Assembly (NCBI GenBank): GCA_963667015.2
Contig: CAXXJJ010000001.1
Location: forward strand, 2,144,001-2,208,000
From: Desulfatiglandales bacterium
Lineage (GTDB): Bacteria; Desulfobacterota; DSM-4660; Desulfatiglandales; HGW-15
Reading direction: 5' to 3'
DNA length: 64,000 nt
Below, in pieces: positions 40,826-48,387 of this stretch (positions within the stretch are counted from its first letter, which is position 1; each line of letters starts with the position of its first letter). A model generated the notes under the pieces. That model ran no database searches. It was not told where the DNA came from and was given only the letters and a program-made list of their open reading frames with translations. A program made the position numbers and the translations under genes.

Positions 40826-41289
40826 TATTCTTTGTTTTCATTAACTTCAATTGTAACCCAGTTCGACTCTAAGCTACCATTAAATAAACCTTTATCTAAC
40901 CATGATCTATTTTTATATTTTGCTTTCACTCGATATTGCCCTGCTTTTAAACAATACATTGAAATTATATTATTATGCAGATAGTCTACACCAATATACT
41001 CACCAGGGTCTAATGCGATAACATCTCTTTCAGTTAGACGACCTACAGTAACCATTGCACAGAGAGGAAATTCTATACCCTCTTTATTAACTACAATTAA
41101 ATCAACTTCAGCCAATTCAATGGTAGTACCTAAAGAAAATCTTTTATTTACTAATACCCTTCCATAAGATTCATTTTTTAAAGATAATTTTAGATTATTA
41201 TTATGGTTTTCTAGCATAAGTTTAATTGGTTCTTCTGCAAATACACCATTAGATAGAAGCAAAATAAGAACAATAAAATATTTAATCAT
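40825..41289 (-). CDS. Cassette: secreted Ig-like beta-sandwich protein
   Basis: Signal peptide, LDPGE and GQYRVKAKY motifs. Confidence 0.75.
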   Translation of the reverse strand: MIKYFIVLILLLSNGVFAEEPIKLMLENHNNNLKLSLKNESYGRVLVNKRFSLGTTIELAEVDLIVVNKEGIEFPLCAMVTVGRLTERDVIALDPGEYIGVDYLHNNIISMYCLKAGQYRVKAKYKNRSWLDKGLFNGSLESNWVTIEVNENKE

Positions 41290-41327
41290 TTAAGCCTCCA
41301 AATGGGACACAACTATCAATTCTTGAA

Positions 41328-41460
41328 GCACAACGACCGCCGATAACCTGCCGGGCGGTTTAGTATTATAGATATTTGCCAACCCCAATTGTTACAATAA
41401 TGAACTCAACTGCGATCTGGCAAGAGAGCAGCCCGGTCTGAGTTTATTGGTTTGTTAGCT
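41328..41460 (-). other. attC 21 (133 bp)
   Basis: GCACAAC...GTTAGCT. Confidence 0.85.
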
Positions 41461-42102
41461 GAGTCTTTTGAGATTTATGTAACTTGTTTCAAATCCCGTA
41501 TCAAATTCTATTGCTGAGACAGAACCTACAGGTTTTTCAAATTCTAAAAATCTGCCACCATCAATAATAAACTGTGCCGCTTCATTCGGGTCCTGTGCAT
41601 TAAAGCCTATGCCACTAAAATCGGTTGATATTTTATTCGTTTCGTATGTTGATACAAACTTATATTCACCAGGGATTAAATTAAAAACTTCAACTTCAAT
41701 GCCATCAATTCGGATTATTCCTAAAGCAAGATTTTTTGATGTTTTACTAACAACGGCGGCTATTCTTGGTGTTGAATAATCGTCATGCTCGTAATCCATG
41801 CCAAATAAAACAGAGGTTAGCGAGTCTCTAATAGACATGCCAGATTCTAATTTATCAAATATAGGATCGGTATGAGTTCCGTTTCCAACTACGGCGAACT
41901 TTGAATTGTGACGCAGGCAATTGTAACTGATGTATGGACTTTTATAGATATCCGTTTCTGATCCCGGTGATGGTATAACAGCTAAAGCACCATTAATGTC
42001 TTTGATCACTCTGTTCGGAAAGGACCGAGATGATACACGATACATTAAACATAAACGATTTGAGGTTGTTAATCCAACAGATACAATTCTTCCTACGTAC
42101 AT
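41455..42102 (-). CDS. purO: Cassette: archaeal-type IMP cyclohydrolase
   Basis: MYVGR, YRVSSRSFPNR, PYISYNC, NGTHTD, DYEHDDYSTPRI, TYE. Confidence 0.85.
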   Translation of the reverse strand: MYVGRIVSVGLTTSNRLCLMYRVSSRSFPNRVIKDINGALAVIPSPGSETDIYKSPYISYNCLRHNSKFAVVGNGTHTDPIFDKLESGMSIRDSLTSVLFGMDYEHDDYSTPRIAAVVSKTSKNLALGIIRIDGIEVEVFNLIPGEYKFVSTYETNKISTDFSGIGFNAQDPNEAAQFIIDGGRFLEFEKPVGSVSAIEFDTGFETSYINLKRLS

Positions 42103-42117
42103 TTCATCTCCTCATAC

Positions 42118-42239
42118 AGCTAACGCACAGCATAAGGGGTAATGGTACCGATGGTTTATAAAGTATGAAGCCCATTGAAACCTCTGAACTCCAACCGGCA
42201 AGAAAAACCAGCAAATCCGGCTTGATGCAAATGTTAGAG
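42118..42239 (-). other. attC 22 (122 bp, one arm shortened)
   Basis: Homologous to attC 5 but lacks about 8-9 nt of one stem arm. Confidence 0.75.
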
Positions 42240-42245
42240 CTTTTT

Positions 42246-42755
42246 TTATTTCCATCGATAGGGAAAACCTAGCCCACCTATGTAATAATGTTCAGATATT
42301 TGACTACCCTCTGAAACTGAATTATAAAACTTTTTTGAACAATTCAAAGTTACTATTTCAGATGTTTTATTATCCCGAACTTCTATGTGGTAGCTCCAGC
42401 GTCTCCCTTTGCTGATCCATTTACTTTCAATTGGACCTTCATATACTATTTCTTCTCCATTGCCTGTAAAAGCATTAATTGCCATTACGTATGGCCAAGT
42501 CATCAATAGAGTTAAAGCATAAAATAAAATGGCTACAAACCATGTAGTAACCTTTTTTTTGTTAACACTATATAAAAATTTGCGGTTTATCCATGTATAC
42601 CCGAAAATAATTACTGCAAGAGGCACAAATAAGATTCGTACAGAATAGTCAAATCCGCCATTAAAAATTGATTCAAGCCTCAACAATAAAAATAACGAAA
42701 TGCCGATGTATATAAAAAATAAAATGTTACCGTAACGATAAATTAAATCATTCAT
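42246..42755 (-). CDS. Cassette: membrane protein
   Basis: Three TM segments followed by a soluble C-terminus. Confidence 0.75.
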   Translation of the reverse strand: MNDLIYRYGNILFFIYIGISLFLLLRLESIFNGGFDYSVRILFVPLAVIIFGYTWINRKFLYSVNKKKVTTWFVAILFYALTLLMTWPYVMAINAFTGNGEEIVYEGPIESKWISKGRRWSYHIEVRDNKTSEIVTLNCSKKFYNSVSEGSQISEHYYIGGLGFPYRWK

Positions 42756-42757
42756 AG

Positions 42758-42824
42758 CTCTAACGTACCGCTCACCAGAGAGGGCCGCTCTTTGGCCCGA
42801 ATCTGGTGAAGCGGAAGGTTATGC
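42758..42824 (-). other. attC 23 (67 bp)
   Basis: CTCTAAC...GTTATGC. Confidence 0.9.
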
Positions 42825-43418
42825 TTGCCTTTGTTCATAGTTTTCTGGGAACATCGCTCTTTCAACCAATTCTATAAGTAAGTGAACCACTTTGATATGG
42901 AGTTCTTGGACACGATCTGCATACTCACCAGCTGGAGTGCATATTTCAATATCCGCAATTTCACCTAAAGGCGATCCGTTGCGCCCCGTGAGACCAATGA
43001 CTTTTATATCATTTTTCTTTGCATACTCAGCTGCTAAAATGACATTGCGGCTGGTTCCACTCGTGCTGATTGCTAAAAGGACATCCCCCTTCTTTGCATG
43101 AGCTTCAAGATATCTTGAAAATATTTTGCTGTAGCCATAATCATTACCGACACAACTAATATGTCCTGAGTCACTTATAGCAGATGCAGGCAGTGCCTTT
43201 CGATCAAGCCTGTAACGCCCTGAAAGCTCTTCGGCAAAGTGTATTGCATCACACATAGATCCACCATTTCCACAGCTAAATGCTCGTCCTCCGTTAGAAA
43301 AACATTCTACAAGAGCCTTCCCTGCATTTGATACAGCCGAAATTGCCTTTTTATTTTTTAAGAATGAATCTAAGGCGGTCGCTGCATCACGAAGAGTTTT
43401 TTTGACTATATTTTCCAT
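42819..43418 (-). CDS. gmhA: Cassette: D-sedoheptulose 7-phosphate isomerase
   Basis: CGNGGS, HFAEELSGRY, NDYGY, ISTSG, DRVQELH. Confidence 0.92.
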   Translation of the reverse strand: MENIVKKTLRDAATALDSFLKNKKAISAVSNAGKALVECFSNGGRAFSCGNGGSMCDAIHFAEELSGRYRLDRKALPASAISDSGHISCVGNDYGYSKIFSRYLEAHAKKGDVLLAISTSGTSRNVILAAEYAKKNDIKVIGLTGRNGSPLGEIADIEICTPAGEYADRVQELHIKVVHLLIELVERAMFPENYEQRQA

Positions 43419-43442
43419 CGGTAACCTGTAAAAACATTAAGA

Positions 43443-43570
43443 GCATAACGCGCTGCATTACAGGCATGCGGTGCATACCTTTAAAGCTTATTAGTAGAAG
43501 TAATATCGCGAACCTTTAAAGACCGATTCGGCGATATAATAGCATGTCCTTGTAGATGCTGATGTTAGCA
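43443..43570 (-). other. attC 24 (128 bp)
   Basis: GCATAAC...GTTAGCA. Confidence 0.85.
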
Positions 43571-43837
43571 TTGTTTTTGTATCATATTTAATATTTTGTC
43601 AGTAGCTTCAGTCAGGTCCATATCATATAATTCTAAACAATCATCTTCGTCAATTATTATATTGAAAGCTTCCTCAATGTCATTAAATGGTGGCGTATCT
43701 TCAATGATGTCAGGAAGATTTGTTGTTGACCACATACATGCCATTTGCTTTGATTTTGGAGGGCTCTTATAACGCTTTTTATATTTCATAAATATTTGGG
43801 AAAGCTTTTCATAGATTTCATTTTTTGAAAAAGTCAT
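43565..43837 (-). CDS. Cassette: small hypothetical protein
   Basis: 90 aa, stop codon in R''. Confidence 0.72.
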   Translation of the reverse strand: MTFSKNEIYEKLSQIFMKYKKRYKSPPKSKQMACMWSTTNLPDIIEDTPPFNDIEEAFNIIIDEDDCLELYDMDLTEATDKILNMIQKQC

Positions 43838-43861
43838 ACCCTATTTTCTTTCTTATGGAGA

Positions 43862-43949
43862 TGCTAACGGCCAGCTCACAAGCCACGCCGAGATGCTCAG
43901 CAAAAATTGAAAGAAGCCCCTCGTGGTCTTGTGAAGCGACAGGTTAAAA
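43862..43949 (-). other. attC 25 (88 bp)
   Basis: TGCTAAC...GTTAAAA. Confidence 0.88.
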
Positions 43950-44182
43950 GCCGATTTTGCCTGCTATTTACCGACTTTGTATTTTTGATAACCAGTTATT
44001 ATCACGACTTAATTTTCATTTTTATTTTCTATTTAGGAATTATGGCAATTTGCCTTTTTTCCTGAATAGGAAATAATTCAGCCCGGAATTTTAATTTTAT
44101 ACTGCTATTTGGGGATTTGAGAAATATTTCCTATTTCCCCAAATACCATTAATGATGGCTTTTTTATTACCACCATTTCAGC
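43950..44182 (-). other. ORF-less cassette, type B
   Basis: Complementary R boxes (GTTAAAAG at both ends), no long ORF, several hairpins. Confidence 0.82.
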
Positions 44183-44248
44183 TTTTAACGTGCCTGATAA
44201 CCGGTTTGGCAAGCTTTTCGGCAAATCCGGTTAATTAGATTGTTGGCC
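44183..44248 (-). other. attC 26 (66 bp)
   Basis: TTTTAAC...GTTGGCC. Confidence 0.88.
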
Positions 44249-44659
44249 GATGAATTCAGTAAAAAGCCCAGCATTTTTTGCAGCTAAGAATTGTCTTTTA
44301 TCTGATGTTAAAAAAAGGTCTGATTTCCATTCCAGTGCACAGGCGACATGCAATGCATCCATTGCCCTCAGGGTATTTTGTTCTAATAACTTTACTGCAT
44401 GAGAAATAACAGATGGTGTTATTTGGATAATTGATGCATCGTGTACGTCTTCTAATAGCTGATCTTTTAAATTTTTGTAATCTTTTGCTGTTATTACTCG
44501 TTCTCTCAGTCTACGGTTGAGACCTGAGATAATTTCAGGCATTAGAATTATACAAAGCGCTAATTCTGAAGCCTGTTGTAAATAATTATCAATCTGCTCG
44601 CTACCATGTTCTTGCACATATCTTTTAGCAAAAGCTGATGAATCAACTAATAATTTCAT
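44231..44659 (-). CDS. vapC: Cassette: VapC/PIN toxin
   Basis: VDSSA, E, LRAMDALH and TSD acidic motifs. Confidence 0.9.
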   Translation of the reverse strand: MKLLVDSSAFAKRYVQEHGSEQIDNYLQQASELALCIILMPEIISGLNRRLRERVITAKDYKNLKDQLLEDVHDASIIQITPSVISHAVKLLEQNTLRAMDALHVACALEWKSDLFLTSDKRQFLAAKNAGLFTEFIGQQSN

Positions 44660-44889
44660 TTCGCCGCCTCTCGTTCATCCATAATAGCAGATGAAAGGTC
44701 ACTTCCCTTTAACTTTAGACGTGTTACGGGTTTTTTCCAGGCGGGAGTTTTTTGCAACCTGTCAGAAAAGGGAATTACCTCCGCGACAGGTTTTCCACGT
44801 CGTAATAGAACTATAGTCTCTCCATGTTCCACTTCAGCTATAAAGCCTGATGCTTTTTTCCGGAAATCCGTGAAAGTTATTGTTTTCAT
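44656..44889 (-). CDS. Cassette: Phd/YefM antitoxin
   Basis: VEHGETIVLLRRGKPVAEVIP; ATGA overlap with the toxin. Confidence 0.9.
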   Translation of the reverse strand: MKTITFTDFRKKASGFIAEVEHGETIVLLRRGKPVAEVIPFSDRLQKTPAWKKPVTRLKLKGSDLSSAIMDEREAAK

Positions 44890-44922
44890 ATTATACCTCC
44901 AATGTAATTAAATGTGCACTCA

Positions 44923-44951
44923 ATGGTACACTTAAGGGGTCACTTAGTCAA
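44923..44951 (-). promoter_or_regulatory. Sigma70 promoter of the TA cassette
   Basis: TTGACT-17 nt-TACCAT, overlapped by a GTGTAC/GTGCAC palindromic operator-like pair. Confidence 0.7.
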
Positions 44952-44958
44952 GCTCTCA

Positions 44959-45092
44959 GGCCAACGTGAAGCATTACAGGCCGTGCGGTGCACACCAACT
45001 TACCATGTTAAAGGTGCGAAAATTCCGAGTTGGCAGATAGTTTAAAAAAGGTGAAAAAAACAGCACGGTCCTTGTAGATGCAATGGTTGGCT
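44959..45092 (-). other. attC 27 (134 bp, ORF-less cassette type)
   Basis: Near copy of attC 4. Confidence 0.9.
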
Positions 45093-45363
45093 GCCGCCAA
45101 CCTGTTTAGTTTGTTTTTGACTGCTTACTTTCAATTACTGGTTTTAAAGATTTGAAGCTTTTTGAATATTATGTTTTTACTATATTCCACCAGAGGCGGA
45201 CAAGTGTTTTGATTTTATTTTCAAAAGAATTTCCGGGGAATGGATTTCCTTTGTTTTTTGTTACATTTTTATTTCCAGATCAATTCTTGCGCCCTTGAGT
45301 TACTTGTTATTTGCGACTTCATTTCCGATTCCGCTGTAATTGTCTTCTTTCTGCTTTCCAGCA
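45093..45363 (-). repeat. ORF-less cassette family A, copy 4
   Basis: Homologous; a ~30-bp segment is replaced at about 45179-45210. Confidence 0.9.
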
Positions 45364-45496
45364 AGCCAACGTGAAGCATTACAGGCCGGGCGGTGCAAAC
45401 CAACTTACCATGTTAAAGGTACGAGGATATGGAGTTGGCAGATAGTTTAAAAAAGGCGAAAAAATAGCACGGTCCTTGTAGATGCAATGGTTGGCT
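45364..45496 (-). other. attC 28 (133 bp, ORF-less cassette type)
   Basis: Near copy of attC 18. Confidence 0.9.
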
Positions 45497-45755
45497 GCCG
45501 CCAACCTGTTTAATTTGATTTTGACTTCTTACTTTCAATTACTGATTTTTAAAGATTTGATGCTTTTGAATACTATATTTTTATATTGTTTTGAATTTAT
45601 TTTCAAAGATTTTCCGGGGAAAGGAATTACCTGAATTTACTTTGAACTTTTTAATGCCTTTTATCTTCAGATCAATTCTCGCGCCCTTGAGTTACAGGTT
45701 ATTTGCAATTTCATTTCCGCATCCAATGAAATTCCCTTTGCTCTATTCTATTGAC
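45497..45755 (-). repeat. ORF-less cassette family A, copy 5 (more diverged)
   Basis: Homologous, with a diverged 5' part. Confidence 0.88.
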
Positions 45756-45821
45756 AGCCAACGCCTTGCATAAGCGGTTTGGCAGGCTTTTCGCCAAATC
45801 AGCTTGATGCGAATGTTGTGT
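45756..45821 (-). other. attC 29 (66 bp)
   Basis: AGCCAAC...GTTGTGT; near copy of attC 16. Confidence 0.9.
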
Positions 45822-45838
45822 GATTTGCCTATTAATGT

Positions 45839-46165
45839 TCAATCAGCTGAGAAAAACTGTGGCACCGATATCTTTTTTGAATTATAGAAGACGCCGAATT
45901 GATGTAATAAAAGATTTTTCCAAAATATTATTCGATCTGTTATATACTGAAATCTATCTATTTCATCTTTGCCGTCGACAGCACCTTCTAATATTAAAAT
46001 ATGATCTCCAATAGATTCAACTAGATTTTTGCCCGCGTCTCTTCTGTTTTCTAGCTGTATGCTCCCCACTGGTTCTTGCTCTAATACAACAAAATCGCGA
46101 TACATATTTAAAAGAATTGTATCTTGACGTTGTATTTTTTTTAAAGACAATTCTTTCATAATCAT
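45839..46165 (-). CDS. First cassette, gene 2: hypothetical protein
   Basis: 108 aa, a few nt after gene 1 with no attC in between. Confidence 0.7.
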   Translation of the reverse strand: MIMKELSLKKIQRQDTILLNMYRDFVVLEQEPVGSIQLENRRDAGKNLVESIGDHILILEGAVDGKDEIDRFQYITDRIIFWKNLLLHQFGVFYNSKKISVPQFFSAD

Positions 46166-46170
46166 ATTCC

Positions 46171-46812
46171 TTAAACGATAAATAAATAATCAAGAACAGT
46201 TATCCCGTTTAACAAAGTCTGGTCTGCATATGTCATAAGTTCCTTTGTATTTAGGTTTAAATAATGTTTCCATTTTCTTTTATTGTCTTCAAAAGTTTTA
46301 AATATTTTTAGTTCGAGATCATCACTGAAGGTCTGGTGTGTGAGTTTATCTATCATTTCATCAATGGTAGAGTGTAGGTCTTCATAAGTACTTATCATTT
46401 TTGGGAAACAATAATTCAAGCTGTTAACTGATGAGGTAAATGCACTGGATAGTCCCTCACATGGATATTTTTTCGGTTCGTCAAAAATCAGTGATTTATA
46501 GTGTTGTAAATTTGGTTTTATTTCTGAAATCATTTTAGACTGTAATATTTGACCGAATGATGCTTCAAATGATTTTCTAAAGTCAATGAAGCCCATATCC
46601 CTGATATCGTAGTCAAATACATCAGCACAATTTAAATCAATTATAGTATGGGCAATATTATGTATAGATTTTGAAAAATATAATGCTGAGACAAGGCTCC
46701 TCAGTTGTTCCTTATACTCCTTAACCTCTTTCAGTTTTCTGTCATTATTGTTTTGCCTGAGCTGTAATAAAACGCCAATTGTCGAAATTGTTGTTCCCAC
46801 TTCAGCAAGCAT
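46171..46812 (-). CDS. First cassette, gene 1: helical hypothetical protein
   Basis: 213 aa, AGGAGG RBS. Confidence 0.75.
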   Translation of the reverse strand: MLAEVGTTISTIGVLLQLRQNNNDRKLKEVKEYKEQLRSLVSALYFSKSIHNIAHTIIDLNCADVFDYDIRDMGFIDFRKSFEASFGQILQSKMISEIKPNLQHYKSLIFDEPKKYPCEGLSSAFTSSVNSLNYCFPKMISTYEDLHSTIDEMIDKLTHQTFSDDLELKIFKTFEDNKRKWKHYLNLNTKELMTYADQTLLNGITVLDYLFIV

Positions 46813-46841
46813 TTTGGGCCTCCTATAACATAGAATTTATC

Positions 46842-46860
46842 ACACAACATGTTATTAACC
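46842..46860 (-). other. Putative attI core
   Basis: Minus strand GGTTAAT-AACAT-GTTGTGT; the R box matches R'' of attC 29 and no attC hairpin lies upstream. Confidence 0.7.
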
Positions 46861-46880
46861 GGTTTAGAGCCGGTTTGATA

Positions 46881-47017
46881 AATGTCTATATTTAGACATT
46901 CGTTCCTATATTTAGACATTTTTAAAAATAATGTACATATTTAGACACTTTATCATGTCTATATTTAGACATTTTTGAATTTTTCGTCTTTCTGGTAAGT
47001 GTGTATATTTAGACATT
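46881..47017. repeat. Five ~20-bp pseudo-palindromic repeats upstream of attI
   Basis: Consensus AATGTCTATATTTAGACATT at 46881, 46901, 46930, 46954 and 46998; ATATTTAGACA is invariant. Confidence 0.9.
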
Positions 47018-47019
47018 TT

Positions 47020-47178
47020 TTAAGGCTCCTTATCATTAACAATCCTGTCTAATAAATCAAGCTCTTTTACCTTTTTAAAAGGTAGTTGCCACACCTTTCG
47101 ATCTGGAACCCATTTCCCTCCACATGCTTTTATTCTGCTCCTTAAATCGACCTCATTGTAACCGATGCGGATGTCCAC
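47020..47178 (-). pseudogene. C-terminal fragment of a small hypothetical protein (GGxW...W, HARP/DUF5710-like)
   Basis: VDIRIGYNEVDLRSRIKACGGKWVPDRKVWQLPFKKVKELDLLDRIVNDKEP*; frame begins at the repeat-element boundary. Confidence 0.6.
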
Positions 47179-47185
47179 GCTAAAA

Positions 47186-47731
47186 AAACAGGCTGAAGCA
47201 GTTGAGACTGAAGGCTGTTAGGGAATCCCAATAACCTCAACCTAAAAACTGTTAGGATTTGCGCATCGCTCGCAGCAATGCGGATAAAACCTTTTCTGTT
47301 TCAATGATCTTTCCCACTGATTTACCATCCTGACAATTTTTTAGGTAGCCAAGTTTCCCCGATAGCTCAAACTGATAGTGAAGCTCTCTTAGAGAACCAA
47401 ATGCTATTTCAAGGAAACGCAAATATTCACTTTGACTTTCTCTCGCACATCCCTCAACAATATTTGATGGTACCGAAACAGCAGCCCTTCTCATTTGGGA
47501 TGTCAACCCGAATAGTTCCTCTTTAGGAAATCGCCTTGTTATCTTGTAGGTTTCTATCGCCACTTCATCTGCCAATTGAAAAGCTTTCAGTTTTTTGTGA
47601 TCACGCATTTGTTTTTTCCTTTTTTAAAATAGGCTGAAGCCTGTTAGTCCGAAGACCGTTAGGAAAATCAGGCCGAAGCAACGTAATTAAAGAGCGAATA
47701 GCCTTCAGTCTAACAGTCTTCAGTCTGCTTT
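47186..47731. mobile_element. CTGAAG-repeat-bounded element carrying a four-helix-bundle gene
   Basis: ~30-bp imperfect terminal inverted repeats (47186-47216 and 47700-47731) plus an internal direct copy at 47631-47663. Confidence 0.6.
47252..47608 (-). CDS. Four-helix-bundle protein (23S rRNA IVP family, Avd-like fold)
   Basis: FPKEELFGLTSQMRRAAVSVPSNIVEG...IAFGSLRE. Confidence 0.93.
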   Translation of the reverse strand: MRDHKKLKAFQLADEVAIETYKITRRFPKEELFGLTSQMRRAAVSVPSNIVEGCARESQSEYLRFLEIAFGSLRELHYQFELSGKLGYLKNCQDGKSVGKIIETEKVLSALLRAMRKS

Positions 47732-47733
47732 CT

Positions 47734-47814
47734 CTTTACACGGATTCTCGCGCGTACCTGATCCAGCAGTTTTGGTTTAATTGATGGAGAATTTCCCATA
47801 TTTTGATTGCCCAT
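47734..47814 (-). pseudogene. intI: Integron integrase N-terminal stub (27 codons)
   Basis: MGNQNMGNSPSIKPKLLDQVRARIRVK matches the IntI N-terminal KLLDQVR..IR.KHYS pattern and breaks just before HYS. Confidence 0.75.
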
Positions 47815-47815
47815 G

Positions 47816-48187
47816 CTATTGAAGCGGTGATTTTTTCGTTTTGTTTGGCCTTTCTCCACGGTGCTCTTCAATCAAGTCATCATTGATTTCATTTATAATT
47901 GCTTCCAATGAACCTTCGACAAATTTCCTGCCATAAAATTCAACAACTCTTGTATGGTCGTCTTCATTGCTTAAGAATACGAAGCCTAATTTTTCCAGAA
48001 GTGCTTTGTCAGGCCAACCTTTTTCAAGCTGAAGGTCATCGGAAATTCCAATGATCTCTTCTGCTTCTGCATCACCCGGATTATAACCTTCATAATTCTC
48101 AAAATATTGAGTTGCGTCTTTAGAAGAAGGCGCTAATACAAACCAGTCTTCATCATGATCTTCAGTTGTTACCCAGTATAGTATCAT
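47816..48187 (-). CDS. Acidic hypothetical protein, apparently translationally coupled to intI
   Basis: LYWVTTEDHDEDWFV; stop codon 1 nt before the intI ATG. Confidence 0.8.
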   Translation of the reverse strand: MILYWVTTEDHDEDWFVLAPSSKDATQYFENYEGYNPGDAEAEEIIGISDDLQLEKGWPDKALLEKLGFVFLSNEDDHTRVVEFYGRKFVEGSLEAIINEINDDLIEEHRGERPNKTKKSPLQ

Positions 48188-48387
48188 TTGATATTCTCCA
48201 GGCCTGGTATTTAATTGTAAATTCTTATATGCGTTAAACAGATAAATTATTTTTTAAAAAATATTTAAGTTTAAATATCAGTTGGCTAATTGGCAGGCAT
48301 AGCTTTTGCCAACGAAAAGGTATTACTGTTAAAGCTGAAGAGGGTGTAATTATGGAAAAGTATCATGGTAATGTCAACTGGAAAAAC

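Larger units (their letters stand above)
23375..46860 (-). mobile_element. Integron cassette array: 29 cassettes, no intact integrase (CALIN-like)
   Basis: Co-oriented short AT-rich ORFs separated by palindromes bounded by AAC...GTT; each cassette starts with a GTT heptamer complementary to its own R''. Confidence 0.95.

Noticed and set aside
43565..43837. Acyl carrier protein
   Set aside because: The IEEAFNIII segment resembles ACP, but the DSL phosphopantetheine serine is absent.
45591..45773. 60-aa plus-strand ORF in family A copy 5
   Set aside because: Antisense to the array, lies in a T-rich low-complexity strand and runs into the attC; no equivalent ORF is listed for the other copies.
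23744..45821. attC palindromes as rho-independent terminators or CRISPR repeats
   Set aside because: They have AAC/GTT R boxes complementary across each cassette, lack consistent U-tracts and are separated by whole genes.
46881..47017. CRISPR array
   Set aside because: Gaps between repeats are only 0-24 nt and irregular; no cas genes.
30243..47608. Diversity-generating retroelement (RTs, Avd-like protein and repeats)
   Set aside because: All three RTs sit inside group II intron RNAs with DV/DVI. Differences between family A repeats are not confined to adenines, and no TR/VR pair with a target gene is visible.
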